Counted from the stretch's first letter, positions 1 through 12,654 are shown. The stretch: DNA of 58,424 nucleotides from Octopus bimaculoides (GCF_001194135.2 NC_068996.1:45141299-45199722), one strand, 5' to 3'. The notes: generated by a model from the sequence alone, not told the origin. Numbers and translations: made by a program.

Positions 1-784
1 TATATATATTCATATATATGTATGTGTGTGTGTGCTAGATACTTATACATACATGCAGTATAGATGACATAAGTAAATATTTAAACAGTTAGATACATGC
101 ACATGTACATCTATAAACACATACATTCGTGTGTTTGTGAGAGAGCTGCGTATGTGTGTGCACGCCTGTATGCATGTATGAATATACAAATAAAGAAGTA
201 AAGAGAAAGAGGGAGACAAAGAAAGAGACAGATCTAAAGCTTGAGCAAAACAATGGTACATCTAAAACCCTTTGCAGATGAGCAACTGGACTAGCGAAGA
301 CGAAGTTGATGCTGGCAACATGGAGCTTAACAGAAACTGTTGCACACTTGGGTAATCGACAACCCTGCCAAGCTGTTTGCTGAGGAATGGTTTATGACGT
401 TCTGCGTGAAGTGTAAAAACAAAGTCCGCCGAAGAGCGGATTAACTCGTAAGAAAGAATCAACGGCTATCCGATAGTCCCTATTGAGAAAAGATAGTCTC
501 AATGACGGAAAATACCCAAACATGGCAGATGTGAAGTTGGCTGTATTAACCTTCATTCGATTTATGATCTTCATTCAGCGAAACTGCATGGCATAAGTCT
601 AGGCAAAAGAACTCCTTTGAACCAAACAGTATGTTTAGGATGAACTATTCCAGTTAGTAGATTATTTAAAGTTGATATAACCTGGTGATTTATCAACTCA
701 ATTTAGCATCTTGAAAACACTATAGTGTTCTGGAACTTCATCGTGACACATACTGGAGTTGAATGAGTAGCAGTAGTATTGATG

Positions 785-827
<43 letters not shown>

Positions 828-871
828 TGTAATTATGTATGTATATGGGCACACACACACACATACACATA

Positions 872-915
<44 letters not shown>

Positions 916-1919
916 TAGATAGATAGATATATAGAAGAACGCACTTAGTGGAGCTTATACCCTGCACTATATTTAAAGACGAAAATGCTCTCCGAAGTTT
1001 GCCCTTATGTCAGGCAAAGAAAAAGAAGTAATAAATGAAATATAGCTTATTCAATTAAAGCTGATTACTGCTAACTTTACATGGTAGTATAACGTAGGAA
1101 AAATAGGATATGATAATTTAATATGAGGCATCAAAAATTAAGATAGCCCGTGATAAGATGATGCAATAAAACTATTTACTCTGGTAGTTTACATCTTTGA
1201 CAAGTAATGTTTACTAAAGTTCTTTTAGGACGAGTAAACAGTTTCTTTGGTTTAATTTTCTTTGTATATTCCTTCCATATTTATTGGGTGTTTTCTTTTA
1301 AAGAGATTTAACATCGGGATACTTAATGACTTGAAGTGTGTGAGTAAATGTTGGCTAGAATGCATATTTGTATCAAGATAAACGCCTGTGTTTGTATGTG
1401 TATGTGTGTATTACACGTGTGTGTGTCGTGTCAAAATATTTGTTGTACGTAACGTATCCTTATGGGTTTCTTACCTCAATCAATCATCACTGAACACAAA
1501 CTACAATAAAAACTATATGTGTACATATACAAACACACAGAGACACTCGCACACACGCACACGCACACACACACACTCGCACGCGCACACGCACGCACGC
1601 ACGCGCACACGCACTGTCACACGCCCGCATAAACACAAACACACATGTATGCTCCCTCATAAAGCAAAACATGCCGAATATGTTCCTCTGTCACTTTCAT
1701 TGTAGCTTTAAAAGGTAACTACTAAAATCGAACTGCACTCTTCGAAAGGTGCACTAAGAATAAGCATAAGGTAAAATTACTACCTGCTTTTATAGCAAGT
1801 TGATGCGGGTAGTTTACCCCGTCCTTCTCCGATTTTTAGTTCATGGTAATTGAAAAAAACCGCATTATATAGACATACGTACATACATACATACACATGC
1901 ACTCACACACACATATATA

Positions 1920-2112
1920 TGTATTTCGTTCTTGTATTTGGTTTGCAAGATTCTTTATGTGAATTTGTGTGTTGAAGCGTATTTTATTGTGTCTGGAGAG
2001 AGTCATTCTCCTTTAGTGCTTCATTATTTAACACACTCACAGGTAAAATTTCCACTAATTTACTTATTTTAACTAAAATTTTCGTAGCGTCTTGCAACTT
2101 TTTCATTAGTCG
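1920..2112 (-). repeat. Interspersed repeat, possibly PLE terminal (pLTR)-derived, with a degenerate hammerhead-like fold at 2071-2111
   Basis: Non-simple sequence between microsatellites. The minus strand reads gacta-atgaaaa-a-gttgc aagac gctac-gaaa-att-t-tagtt. It lies 3' of the PLE RT relic on the same strand. Confidence 0.3.
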
Positions 2113-2251
2113 TTGACTGTGTCTGTTATCGGAAGTGGGTTCTTTTTTTTTTCGTTAGTTTGTTTGTGCACATGCGTGTGCGCCAGTGTGCGTGCGCATG
2201 CACATATGTATGTATGTCTCTGTGTAGATGCATGTATGTTTGTGTGTATGC

Positions 2252-2282
<31 letters not shown>

Positions 2283-2469
2283 CATGTGTGCACGTTTGTA
2301 TCTATGTATGTATTCTGCATATCCATGTGTTTGTGTTTGCGTGTATGTGTTTGTGTGTGTGTGTGTATTTCTGTGTGCACCTCTGTCTCCTTGTGTGTGC
2401 ATATTTTTGTGGGTTTGTGTGACTATATAAACTCTGGGTATTGGGGAATGACACCTATGTATATTTCTT

Positions 2470-3210
2470 ATATATAAAGCCAACAGCAAAATCTATGTCT
2501 ATAGATGGGTAGAGTAAAATTACATCCATACTGCCCACTACACAAACTGTGATCTTGTTGGAGTAGTTACAACTACTGGTTCTACTGAGGAGATCCTCCA
2601 TAATCACACAGACATCCGGTGACATTTCAGTGAGTGGTCGTAATACCGGTGAGAGGAAGTAGGACAGTCTATAATTGCTGGCTATATTCGCTCCGCAAAT
2701 TGACCGGGTTGCGGACCCCTTAATAGGATTTGCGTAGGGTTTACGGTCTCTACGCAACCCGTATAGCGTAGGAACATCGTCGCTGGATGGTTGCGAATTT
2801 TGTGCAGGGGTATGTTGCACCACGTCCCCATGTGTGCATTGAGGAGTGTTTCCACTCTTTCAATGTTCTTGTGGTGCAACTTCTCTCATGCTACTGATGT
2901 GTTGTTTCATTGTCTGGACATAGTTCTGTGGACTCTCTGTTGATAGTCTGCCAGACTTGTCCGTAGGGAGGCACACTAATTCGCTGTTCCTAATTCGTTG
3001 TTTTAGTTTCGTAGGCCTTTGGAAACAGATGTACTGAGTTGGTGGGTCTCCCCCTCTTTATGTTTTTAGTGGTTTTCTTGTACCGATCTAAGATGTGTGG
3101 GAGTCTATTTCTAGATAAGGAAATCTTTCCTTCTGTCTCAATGTCAATCAGTGGCGGGACACATACCCTCTTGCTGAAGGGTAACTTTGTGGGGTAGATC
3201 CTCGTCATGT
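2470..3210 (-). mobile_element. Decayed Penelope-like retroelement (PLE) reverse transcriptase, N-terminal/central part, frameshifted
   Basis: Minus-strand translation across frameshifts gives KLKQRIRNSELVCLPTDKSGRLSTESPQNYVQTMKQH, ETLLNAHMGTWCNI, PTLYGLRRDRKP, YRLSYFLSPVLRPL and VGSMDVILLYPSIDIDFAV. These match PLE RT motifs (TDKSG; P.LYGL.K.HK; S.DV.SLY). Confidence 0.8.
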
Positions 3211-5135
3211 TGTATGATTTGTTGTTGGGGTTATAGAAGAGAGAATGTAGAGTGTTATTATCGCTGTGGTTGTTTTTATAGTTGCTGACATTGTTGTGGC
3301 TAGTGGTGGTGTGATGGCGGTAGTGTTGGTGTTGTGTCCACCAATGTTGTTGAGTTTGTTATTGTTGTGGGTGGTGTCGATGTTCGTAGTGGTGTGGATG
3401 ATGTGGCTGGTATTGTCTCTCTGTGTGGGGGTGCTGTTCTTATCATCGCTATTGTTGTTATAATTGTAGTTTTGGTTATATATATACACATATATATTAT
3501 TATTAGATGATAAAAGTTATGATATATACCTTTTATATATATATATACATACATATATATATAGTATGAGATAAGAATATGTTCCATGGCAAGAAGTTTG
3601 TCCTGATGCTTGCGATATTCTGTTCTTTGAAGAGCTTATTTAACTCGTTGAATATTTACAAACATGCGTTTCTCCCTGGTCAATTCCATCTATCGCTATT
3701 GAGTATGTAATATAAAATATATGTATATATGCATATATATGATATACGCATATATATGTGTGTTTGTGCGCGTATGGTGTGAGTGTATATGCTTATGTAT
3801 CTACATGAGCGTAGACATTTTATATAGACATATATAAAAAGAATACCTGTAGATATTTAATGTATTTATACAACACTCGTGTCGGTATTTTAAGTAAATA
3901 GAATAGACTCTATGATGATGTCTCCAACGAACGTAAGAATGTAACATCTGATGTAACATATAATGAGATAAATGTTCCTGTGACATTTCGGTGCATTATT
4001 ATTCTGAGAATAACAGATTACTCAATCATAAATTAATGTCAATGATTTGAGAAGTAAATAAACTTCATGATAGATATATAAAGAGAATAACATATACACA
4101 CACAAACACACACATAGTGTATATGTATTTGTGTATTATGTGTGTATGCGCGTGTTTGCGTCGTACATGTATAAAGCCAACAAGAATATGGCAGTTATTA
4201 AGAGTTAAATTGATGCAGCGAAGTATAGAGTGTGTGAGGCGAGACGTGGAAAATAAGCAGGTATAGAAAAGTTGTCAACGAATTTCCGTATGAAGATGTA
4301 TATAAGGATTTTCGCAATTTGAATATATATATATATANNNNNNNNNNNNNNNNNNNNNNNNNNNNNNNNNNNNNNNNNNNNNNNNNNNNNNNNNNNNNNN
4401 NNNNNNNNNNNNNNNNNNNNNNNNNNNNNNNNNNNNNNNNNNNNNNNNNNAATTATATAATGTAAATGAGTTGCGTAAAATGAAGAATCGAAATTTGTTT
4501 CTTTGGGGAACGCACGAGTAGCATTGCAGTAGAATTCTCCTCTCTCTTCTCTCTTACTTCCTCTCTTTCTTTCTACCTCCGCACCTCTGCTTCTCTACCT
4601 CTACCTCTCACTCCCTCTCCCTCTCCCTCTTCTCTCTCCTTCTCTCCCTGTCTCTGTTTCTTTGATAGTGAGGAAAAGCGGCCATTTATACATTTTTGGA
4701 AATATTTTCAGACTTGTAAGATCGATAGAGTTGATATTCAGCTTTAACGTCTGTAAGTTTATTGTCTCCAAGTAATATTCTATGGATGAAAAAAAAAATC
4801 GAAAGTAGTGTTGAGGGTATGAGAAGCAAGAATCATAAAGAGAGAAGGAATCATGAAAAATAGCATTAGAAACAGCAAGGATAAAGAAAGAAGACACGAC
4901 TAAGTCAGACGAATCCGAATACAGTTGGTATGCAATTAATAAGCTAGGAGATACATAGGCTATATTGGAAGAAGTAAGAGACATAAGCCCATGGGGCACC
5001 GTGGGTTATAGCGTGTTGATGCGTTTTAATTCTAGTCTAAAATAATATGCTTACTGTTGTGTCGACACCCCAAGGCAAAGAAGTAGGATCTCCCAAGACA
5101 TATAAATAGAGGTAGTCTGGCCGTGGTAGGAGTGT

Positions 5136-5197
5136 TGAGTAGCGGTTGAGTAGCAGTCGAGTAGCAGTCGAGTAGCAGTTGTGCAGCGGTTGGGTAG
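5136..5197 (+). repeat. 11-bp minisatellite (Ygagtagcagt) x~5.5
   Basis: tgagtagcggt tgagtagcagt cgagtagcagt cgagtagcagt tgtgcagcggt tgggtag. Confidence 0.85.
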
Positions 5198-5336
5198 AGA
5201 TCATCCGAAGGTGCTAGATAGCAGTAGCGTTGAGACATAACATTTACGTTGATATATCAATAGTCACAACTATATATATATTAGCGACAATGGCAGTATT
5301 AAGTAGTCATAAATATTATGACTACTTAAACGTGGA

Positions 5337-5731
5337 CTGTTAGAACAAATTATACTTTGGTAGATACCATGAGAAAAACTGCTTGTTTGTTTATATCGCC
5401 AGCGGATAGTTAAATCCCCACCAACACTGTCGCAAAAATATAGTTTTTAACAAGCTAACTGGCTAATCGTGATACCAGTGCCTGTTCTGGCACTGGCTTT
5501 CTGTATGTCGTTAGCGAAGAGACAAGTCGCTGCTATCCCTAGCTGTCGAGCGTCTAACACCGATGAGATCAAGTAAAATAAAAATTACGTGATCTGGTGG
5601 TCTTGGCCCTGAAGTTGGTGGGGTTAGTCTCTCCGCTGGTGATATAAACAAGCAAGCGTATATTCTGCACTAAAAGTCTATAATGGTGGTTTCTCTCATG
5701 GTATCTACTGCAGTATTGTTTGTTCTAACAG
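5337..5731. mobile_element. Old foldback/MITE-like element with ~90-bp imperfect terminal inverted repeats
   Basis: 5337-5425 (ctgttagaacaaa..gtagataccatgaga..gcttgtttgtttatatcgccagcgga..ccccaccaac) is the reverse complement of 5614-5731, apart from a ~35-nt insertion in the right arm. Confidence 0.6.
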
Positions 5732-6083
5732 AACATCCCTGTTTACGTGGCAATAAATATTACATCTCCCAGCAGCATATCTCTAGAAGTTTCAGGAATC
5801 ATATCCAGATATAAAGATCAGCAAATAGAGATAACCTGAGTAGGGGAAACTGGGGAATGAAAAGAGAGGCAATGCCAAGATCAATACATTTATAAAAGAA
5901 TTTATTGTACAAATGGATATGTAAATCTCAGAGCATGGGTATTTGTGTGTGCGCGTGTGTATGTGGAGCGCACACGCACTAGTATATTTTATACGTAAGT
6001 ACTTGTTCATTTACACGCAAGTAAAATACATGCAACGATTCAGAAGCATTTTATGAATGGGGTGTGGGGAGTGGTATAAATTA

Positions 6084-6467
6084 CATCTGGTAAGTTCGGT
6101 ATATGCCGCAGGTAAATGTACACCTTATTGGTTATTAGTAAGGTCCGTACTTGTTTATCAGGACAGGTCGCAGGCTGAGTTTATACTCATCAACAAATGA
6201 AGCTATTTTGCATGGCTTATAGACAAACATTTTATGAATCTGTTTCGTTTATTTGGGATGTTCACTTCATTGTGCCTGCGTTTCCATATAAAGCAGGACG
6301 GGGAAGTGGAGTTTTCCCATTTCTTTGACATAAAGAATTGAATATAAGAACTGTAAAGTCCCTTGAAATCGTAAGGAGTGAGCATCGTAGGTGTAATATA
6401 TACTCAATGTGCTCGATATGATTGACATACACCTTGTAAGTTCGGCATATACCGAACTTACCAGGTG
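6084..6467. mobile_element. Tc1/mariner-superfamily non-autonomous element (MITE) with 25-bp TIRs and TA target duplication
   Basis: Left catctggtaagttcggtatatgccg (6084-6108) vs right cggcatataccgaacttaccaggtg (6443-6467): 24/25 inverted match, with TA directly outside both ends. Confidence 0.8.
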
Positions 6468-7507
6468 TAATATTGAAAACGAAAGATCACATGATCTCAG
6501 TAGAGAAATCGATTGAATTTAACAATTCCAAGACTATTGTGATTAGTGGCAAGAATAGCGCCCTCGACAATATGTGCATTAAACAACTTATGATAGAATC
6601 TCCAAACCCTACAAAAGATAAGGAATTTCTGATTGCAATGGTGGAACACCTGCACTGTGCTGTTAAGAAATTTGCTTCACAATCACGTGGTTTCGGCTTC
6701 GACACACTATGTAGCTCATTGAATAAGTGTTTAAGTGTTTCCTGCTATGGCTCCGAGACGACCGATGTCTTATTAATGAATCTCATAAACACCGACAAAG
6801 CAAATACCTGGTTTAAAACGAATACTGGGGTGGGGTAAATTTGATTGACTGAAGCCAGTAAAGGTGATGCCGGTTGTGGTTGAACTCCAATGATTGAAAC
6901 GAGTAAAAGAATAAAAGGATGCAAGTCTAATTTACGAGACAGAAGTTAAGTCAAATCCGATTGTTTTCGTCTTCCAAAAACTCCTCTGATATAGGGTGAT
7001 GGGGGAGTATTCACTGATTAAATTAATTTCTCTCTGAAGTCTCTCTCTTAGTTAACGTTTCTTTATAAGATAATGTTAAAAACTTGTAACTGATACGGCT
7101 AATAATAAATAGAATAAACTTTTATGTTAGTAAAACGAAGGAGAAACAGAGTATGAATTCATAAGTATAGAAGATAAATTAAGAAGATTAATTAAGTAAA
7201 TTACTGTATAGCATGACTGCAATCCATTTATCCCGGCAATATACTTCAGTGAAAAATATCTATATTCAAGCCTTTTAATAAGCGATTAAATACCAATAAA
7301 CTATAGCTTCATGTATAAAATTACCTTGGATTGGTAATCTATGGAAATTCATTTTGTCATTAAATAAGTTAAATATTAGGCAGGAGGGCTTTCTATTTTC
7401 TACTCTTGGTGGAAATAGTGACGAAGATTTTTGCAGATGTCTTTAGAGCTCACTTTTTTAATGGCTTCCAGAATCCTATATGTTTGTGTGAATGCATCTG
7501 GGTATGC

Positions 7508-7509
7508 TC

Positions 7510-7594
<85 letters not shown>

Positions 7595-7620
7595 TTAATA
7601 ATAATAATAACAATAACAAC

Positions 7621-7676
<56 letters not shown>
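7508..7676 (+). repeat. (AAT)n microsatellite
   Basis: Direct reading. Confidence 0.95.
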
Positions 7677-7677
<1 letters not shown>

Positions 7678-7679
7678 TA

Positions 7680-8100
7680 CCAGAAGAGTGCCAAATAATC
7701 GATGCGGAAGTGTCCGTATATCAACATATTATCAAGAAAAAAAGAGAAAAGATTGATGAATACGGAGACCTGAAATCGCCAAGATGTAGCAGTAGCAAGA
7801 GTGAAACATAAAGGTTATCCCTGTGGCCATCGGAGCATTGGGTTCAATACCACCCAACTTGAAGCAACAGATGAAATACCCTACAATCGACAAATACCCT
7901 ACAATCGACAAATACCCTACAATCTAGGTGTATTGCAAAGGTTGGCACGACTTGGAACTGCATGCATATTGAGTAAAGTGCTGTTTCTCTGAGGTCCTTG
8001 CTGTGACTCGGCAAACAGCACAAACCTCCGGGAGACACAATATCTTCCATCTTCAGCATCACGATAATGCAAATGGTGACGTCTTAAATAATAACAATAA
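7680..8100 (+). mobile_element. 3' end of R4/Dong-like RLE non-LTR retrotransposon, 5'-truncated, with AAT tail
   Basis: Frameshifted translation gives CQIIDAEVS..EKIDEYGDLK, KVIPVAIGALGSIP, NLGVLQRLARLGTACILSKVL*, typical of the RLE C-terminus. Ends in aataataacaataa. Confidence 0.75.
7874..7925 (+). repeat. 18-bp tandem repeat x~2.9 (aaataccctacaatcgac) inside the LINE fragment
   Basis: Direct reading. Confidence 0.9.
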
Positions 8101-8742
8101 CTCTTTCTGATTTTGGCTTAAACCAGTAGATTCCAGGTGAGGGATCAAGTCGCTTACTTCGACCCTAGAGTTCGATTGGTACTTAATTTATGAAAGTTAC
8201 TTTATCAAACTTGAGAGGATGAGAGGCAGCATCAATCTCGGCGGAATATGAACTCGGATCGGAAAATATCTGAGAAAAACAACGCTAAAATAAGATCACA
8301 CGTTCATTTTTGTGCGTGACGAAAGAAGTGAAACATAAGGGGAACAATACTTGGACGAAAGATTAGTACTTTGGTTGCTTAAAATGTGTATTCATTTATA
8401 TACGTATTGGACACTGTGCTTGTAGGTATTGTTGTTTTCTTTTTCTATCTGTCTTGGATGTATGAATAAATATGTCAATACCGGCGAGATTTCGACACAG
8501 AACTTAAAAAGGCGTAACTAAATTATGCAAGGTACTTAGCTCGTCATGCTAATGATTCTGTCAAACATTGCATAGTCGTTAATGAAACGCATTTTACTCC
8601 GCCTCTGATTTGAGTTGACGGTCGTAATATTATCTTCTGTTATTCATTCATCGATCCATTCGTTGATTGAAGCATCAATTCATCTGTTCATTCATAAAAT
8701 TTGCAGAACTTACAAGCATTCATATATGCTCTATTACTTCTG

Positions 8743-8802
8743 TTTTCCTCTTTATTCTTCTCTTTTCCTCTTTATTCTTCTCTTTTCCTCTTTATTCTTC
8801 TC
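8743..8802 (+). repeat. 20-bp tandem repeat x3 (ttttcctctttattcttctc)
   Basis: Direct reading. Confidence 0.9.
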
Positions 8803-8929
8803 TCCTCCTGTCTTACCCCCTCTCTCTCCTGCTCCTCATTTTCTCTCACTACGACTGTGAGCTCTGATTTTTAGTTCATTAATGTTAAGATTTCTTCTCA
8901 TTAAGTATGCAACACCTATGTATATATTT

Positions 8930-9303
8930 GCGGTAAAAAATGTTTGCTTCTAAACCACATATTTCGGGGTTCAGTCCCACTGTGTGGCACCTTGGGCAAG
9001 TGATTTCCAATATAGCCTCGCACCAACCAAAGCCTTGTGAGTGGATTTGGTAGACGTAAACTGAAAGAAGCCCGTCGTGTGTATGTATATGTATGCGTGT
9101 GTGTATGTGTGTGCGCGCGTGTGTGTCGTGGTGTCTACGTTTGTCCCCTCAACACCGGTGCTGGTGTGTTTATGTCCCCGTAAGCTAGTGGTTCAGCAAA
9201 AGGTGCCCGATAGAATAAGTACCAGGCTATTAAAAACTAAGTACTTGGAACGATACATTCAACTAAAAATTCTTCAAGGCGCTGCCCCATTATGACTGCA
9301 GTC
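8930..9303 (+). mobile_element. tRNA-like SINE family A copy
   Basis: Head ggttcagtcccactgtgtggcaccttgggcaagtg, body ccaaagccttgtgagtggatttggtagacg, internal (GT)n; shared with copies at 38665, 47138 and 56356. Confidence 0.8.
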
Positions 9304-10842
9304 TGTACACACAGACACACACACACACACACATACACACACACATACACACACACATACACACACACATACATGTACATATATAAGTGAGAGAGAAAGA
9401 GAGAGAGGAACATTATTGCACCGACACATACACCCACACACTCGCACACACACAAACACGCACACACACACACACACACCTGGGTTTTAAAGTCTTTATG
9501 CACAGTATGTGTACCCAGAAGAATTTCACTCTTGTGCACATATATTTTTCTGCAGATTTGCCGTTGACGTGTAACTATGTAGATCTCATAGGTCATGAAA
9601 GGGATTGAGACAAAATAAATAAAACGAAAAGAGATCATTAGATGCTTGTGTTATTCTCAGGAATATCACTGATTTTGCAGNNNNNNNNNNNNNNNNNNNN
9701 NNNNNNNNNNNNNNNNNNNNNNNNNNNNNNNNNNNNNNNNNNNNNNNNNNNNNNNNNNNNNNNNNNNNNNNNNNNNNNNNNNNNNNNNNNNNNNNNNNNN
9801 NNNNNNNNNNNNNNNNNNNNNNNNNNNNNNNNNNNNNNNNNNNNNNNNNNNNNNNNNNNNNNNNNNNNNNNNNNNNNNNNNNNNNNNNNNNNNNNNNNNN
9901 NNNNNNNNNNNNNNNNNNNNNNNNNNNNNNNNNNNNNNNNNNNNNNNNNNNNNNNNNNNNNNNNNNNNNNNNNNNNNNNNNNNNNNNNNNNNNNNNNNNN
10001 NNNNNNNNNNNNNNNNNNNNNNNNNNNNNNNNNNNNNNNNNNNNNNNNNNNNNNNNNNNNNNNNNNNNNNNNNNNNNNNNNNNNNNNNNNNNNNNNNNNN
10101 NNNNNNNNNNNNNNNNNNNNNNNNNNNNNNNNNNNNNNNNNNNNNNNNNNNNNNNNNNNNNNNNNNNNNNNNNNNNNNNNNNNNNNNNNNNNNNNNNNNN
10201 NNNNNNNNNNNNNNNNNNNNNNNNNNNNNNNNNNNNNNNNNNNNNNNNNNNNNNNNNNNNNNNNNNNNNNNNNNNNNNNNNNNNNNNNNNNNNNNNNNNN
10301 NNNNNNNNNNNNNNNNNNNNNNNNNNNNNNNNNNNNNNNNNNNNNNNNNNNNNNNNNNNNNNNNNNNNNNNNNNNNNNNNNNGATTACATTTTTTTTCTT
10401 TCGAAATATTGATGCTTAGATATATTCTGTTTTTTTTTTTGTTCCTTTTTTTTTTTGATAAAAGAAAAGCATCAATTTCAGTGAAATACTAATGAGATTG
10501 GTGATACATTTGAAACAGGTTCCAAAAGCTCTGCTGAACGCTGGAGCGAAAGAAATTAGAATTACTGTAAAAAAAAAAAAAGAATACTATATTTACAAAC
10601 GTATACTTTATCAAGAATTTAAAATGAAAATTCGGATTTCATGTAATACATAGCTTACAGCTGCAATTTCCCACTCTAACTATTCTTATTAAGAAAAATA
10701 GAATAGTATAATGTAACAAAACATTTTTCATTATTTTTAGCGATAAATTTTTACTAAATAAACGTAAATCATCTACACTTGTAACAGTTAAGTAACATCA
10801 CGTGAAACATTTTATCATAAAACATTGAGAACAAGTGTAGGC

Positions 10843-10988
10843 ATAGCTGTGTGGGAAAAACGTTGCTTCTCGAAGAGCTGTCTGCGAATTTAGTCCCACT
10901 TCGTGGCACCTTAGACATGTGTCTTCTTCCATAGCCTCTGTCCGAGCAAAGCCTTGTGAGTGGATTAGTAGACAGTTACTGGACGTCG

Positions 10989-10990
<2 letters not shown>
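10843..10990 (+). mobile_element. SINE family A, 5' part
   Basis: gctgtgtggg..tagtcccacttcgtggcaccttagacatgtgtcttc..gccttgtgagtggattagtagac. Confidence 0.7.
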
Positions 10991-11032
<42 letters not shown>

Positions 11033-11713
11033 NNNNNNNNNNNNNNNNNNNNNNNNNNNNNNNNNNNNNNNNNNNNNNNNNNNNNNNNNNNNNNNNNNNN
11101 NNNNNNNNNNNNNNNNNNNNNNNNNNNNNNNNNNNNNNNNNNNNNNNNNNNNNNNNNNNNNNNNNNNNNNNNNNNNNNNNNNNNNNNNNNNNNNNNNNNN
11201 NNNNNNNNNNNNNNNNNNNNNNNNNNNNNNNNNNNNNNNNNNNNNNNNNNNNNNNNNNNNNNNNNNNNNNNNNNNNNNNNNNNNNNNNNNNNNNNNNNNN
11301 NNNNNNNNNNNNNNNNNNNNNNNNNNNNNNNNNNNNNNNNNNNNNNNNNNNNNNNNNNNNNNNNNNNNNNNNNNNNNNNNNNNNNNNNNNNNNNNNNNNN
11401 NNNNNNNNNNNNNNNNNNNNNNNNNNNNNNNNNNNNNNNNNNNNNNNNNNNNNNNNNNNNNNNNNNNNNNNNNNNNNNNNNNNNNNNNNNNNNNNNNNNN
11501 NNNNNNNNNNNNNNNNNNNNNNNNNNNNNNNNNNNNNNNNNNNNNNNNNNNNNNNNNNNNNNNNNNNNNNNNTGGAAGAAATTCTTCAAGGTGTTCCAGC
11601 AAGGCTGCGATCCAATGCCTGGAAACAAATAAAAGATGGAAAATAAAAGCCACCTCCACCCACCGCCACTACCACCACCACCACCACCACCACCACACAC
11701 ACAAGTAAAAGAA

Positions 11714-11882
11714 TATACGACGGGCTTCTTTCAGTTTCCATCTACCAAATACACTCACACAGTTTTGGTCGGCCCGCGATTATAGTAGAAGTCGTTTACC
11801 CAAGTTGCCTCGCAGTGGGCCTGAACCCCAACATATATGGTTGTGAATCAAGCTTTGTAGCACACAGCTAGGCCTGCGCCTT
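11714..11882 (-). mobile_element. SINE family A, 5' part
   Basis: Reverse complement of the family A head (cgacgggcttctttcagtttccatctaccaaa..ctgaaccc). Confidence 0.75.
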
Positions 11883-12396
11883 GTATATATTGAGCAGCAT
11901 ACTCTCGTATTTTATTTTTATTTACTGAATATAAACTAGTGTCGGCTTTCATTGAAACAGGGATGCTGGTTGTTTATTCACCGTAAGCAACGCTTTTATT
12001 GGGCATCTATCTAGCTTACTAAAGCTTTTTGTTCCGTTACTATACCGTATAACATGTTAGCGGTCTAGATATGGTAAGAGGCTATAGTTTCCGCTTATTA
12101 TGGAGTTTTCACAATAGTCCGCTATGTAAAAAAATGAGGTTATATAAAAATATAAAACCAAGCACACACTTTGTATATACGCATATATTTAATTATGCGC
12201 ATGTGCGCGCGCATGTGCGCACGCATGTGTTTAACAAGCAGGCGCATACACGCTCACATTTACACACACACACACACACNNNNNNNNNNNNNNNNNNNNN
12301 NNNNNNNNNNNNNNNNNNNNNNNNNNNNNNNNNNNNNNNNNNNNNNNNNNNNNNNNNNNNNNNNNNNNNNNNNNNNNNNTATATATATATATATAT

Positions 12397-12435
<39 letters not shown>

Positions 12436-12654
12436 AATACATATGTTTGTGCATATACACATATATACGTGTACCTATGTAAATGTGAGTACGTACATGC
12501 GTATGTATTGGTGTGGGTGCATGTGTGTGTATTTGTATATATGTATGAACACGTTCCTTATCTTTGATTCCCTCTCGCGCCCCCTAAGACACTTTCATTG
12601 ATTGTCTCACTTTCCCCTCCTGCTCTCTATCTCTCTTTCTCTTTTATCTGTCTT

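Noticed and set aside
278-351. Possible exon MSNWTSEDEVDAGNMELNRNCCTLG (tttgcag..gtaatc)
   Set aside because: Weak donor, no recognisable homology, and no supported partner exon.
6473-6838. 121-aa plus-strand ORF
   Set aside because: Its second half is a decayed SINE A head (gttaagaaatttgcttcacaatcacgtggtttcgg), it starts at TTG, and no domain is recognisable.
7406-7756. Poly-I/poly-N ORFs, and the many VCVC/THTH/YIYI/LSLS ORFs across the window
   Set aside because: They are translations of di-, tri- and tetranucleotide microsatellites.
7874-7925. CRISPR-like repeat array
   Set aside because: Contiguous tandem repeats without spacers in a eukaryotic LINE fragment; no CRISPR or cas features anywhere in the window.
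10520-10567. VPKALLNAGAKEIRIT, ankyrin- or PRTase-like
   Set aside because: Only 16 codons, poor polypyrimidine tract, and no adjacent repeat or domain.
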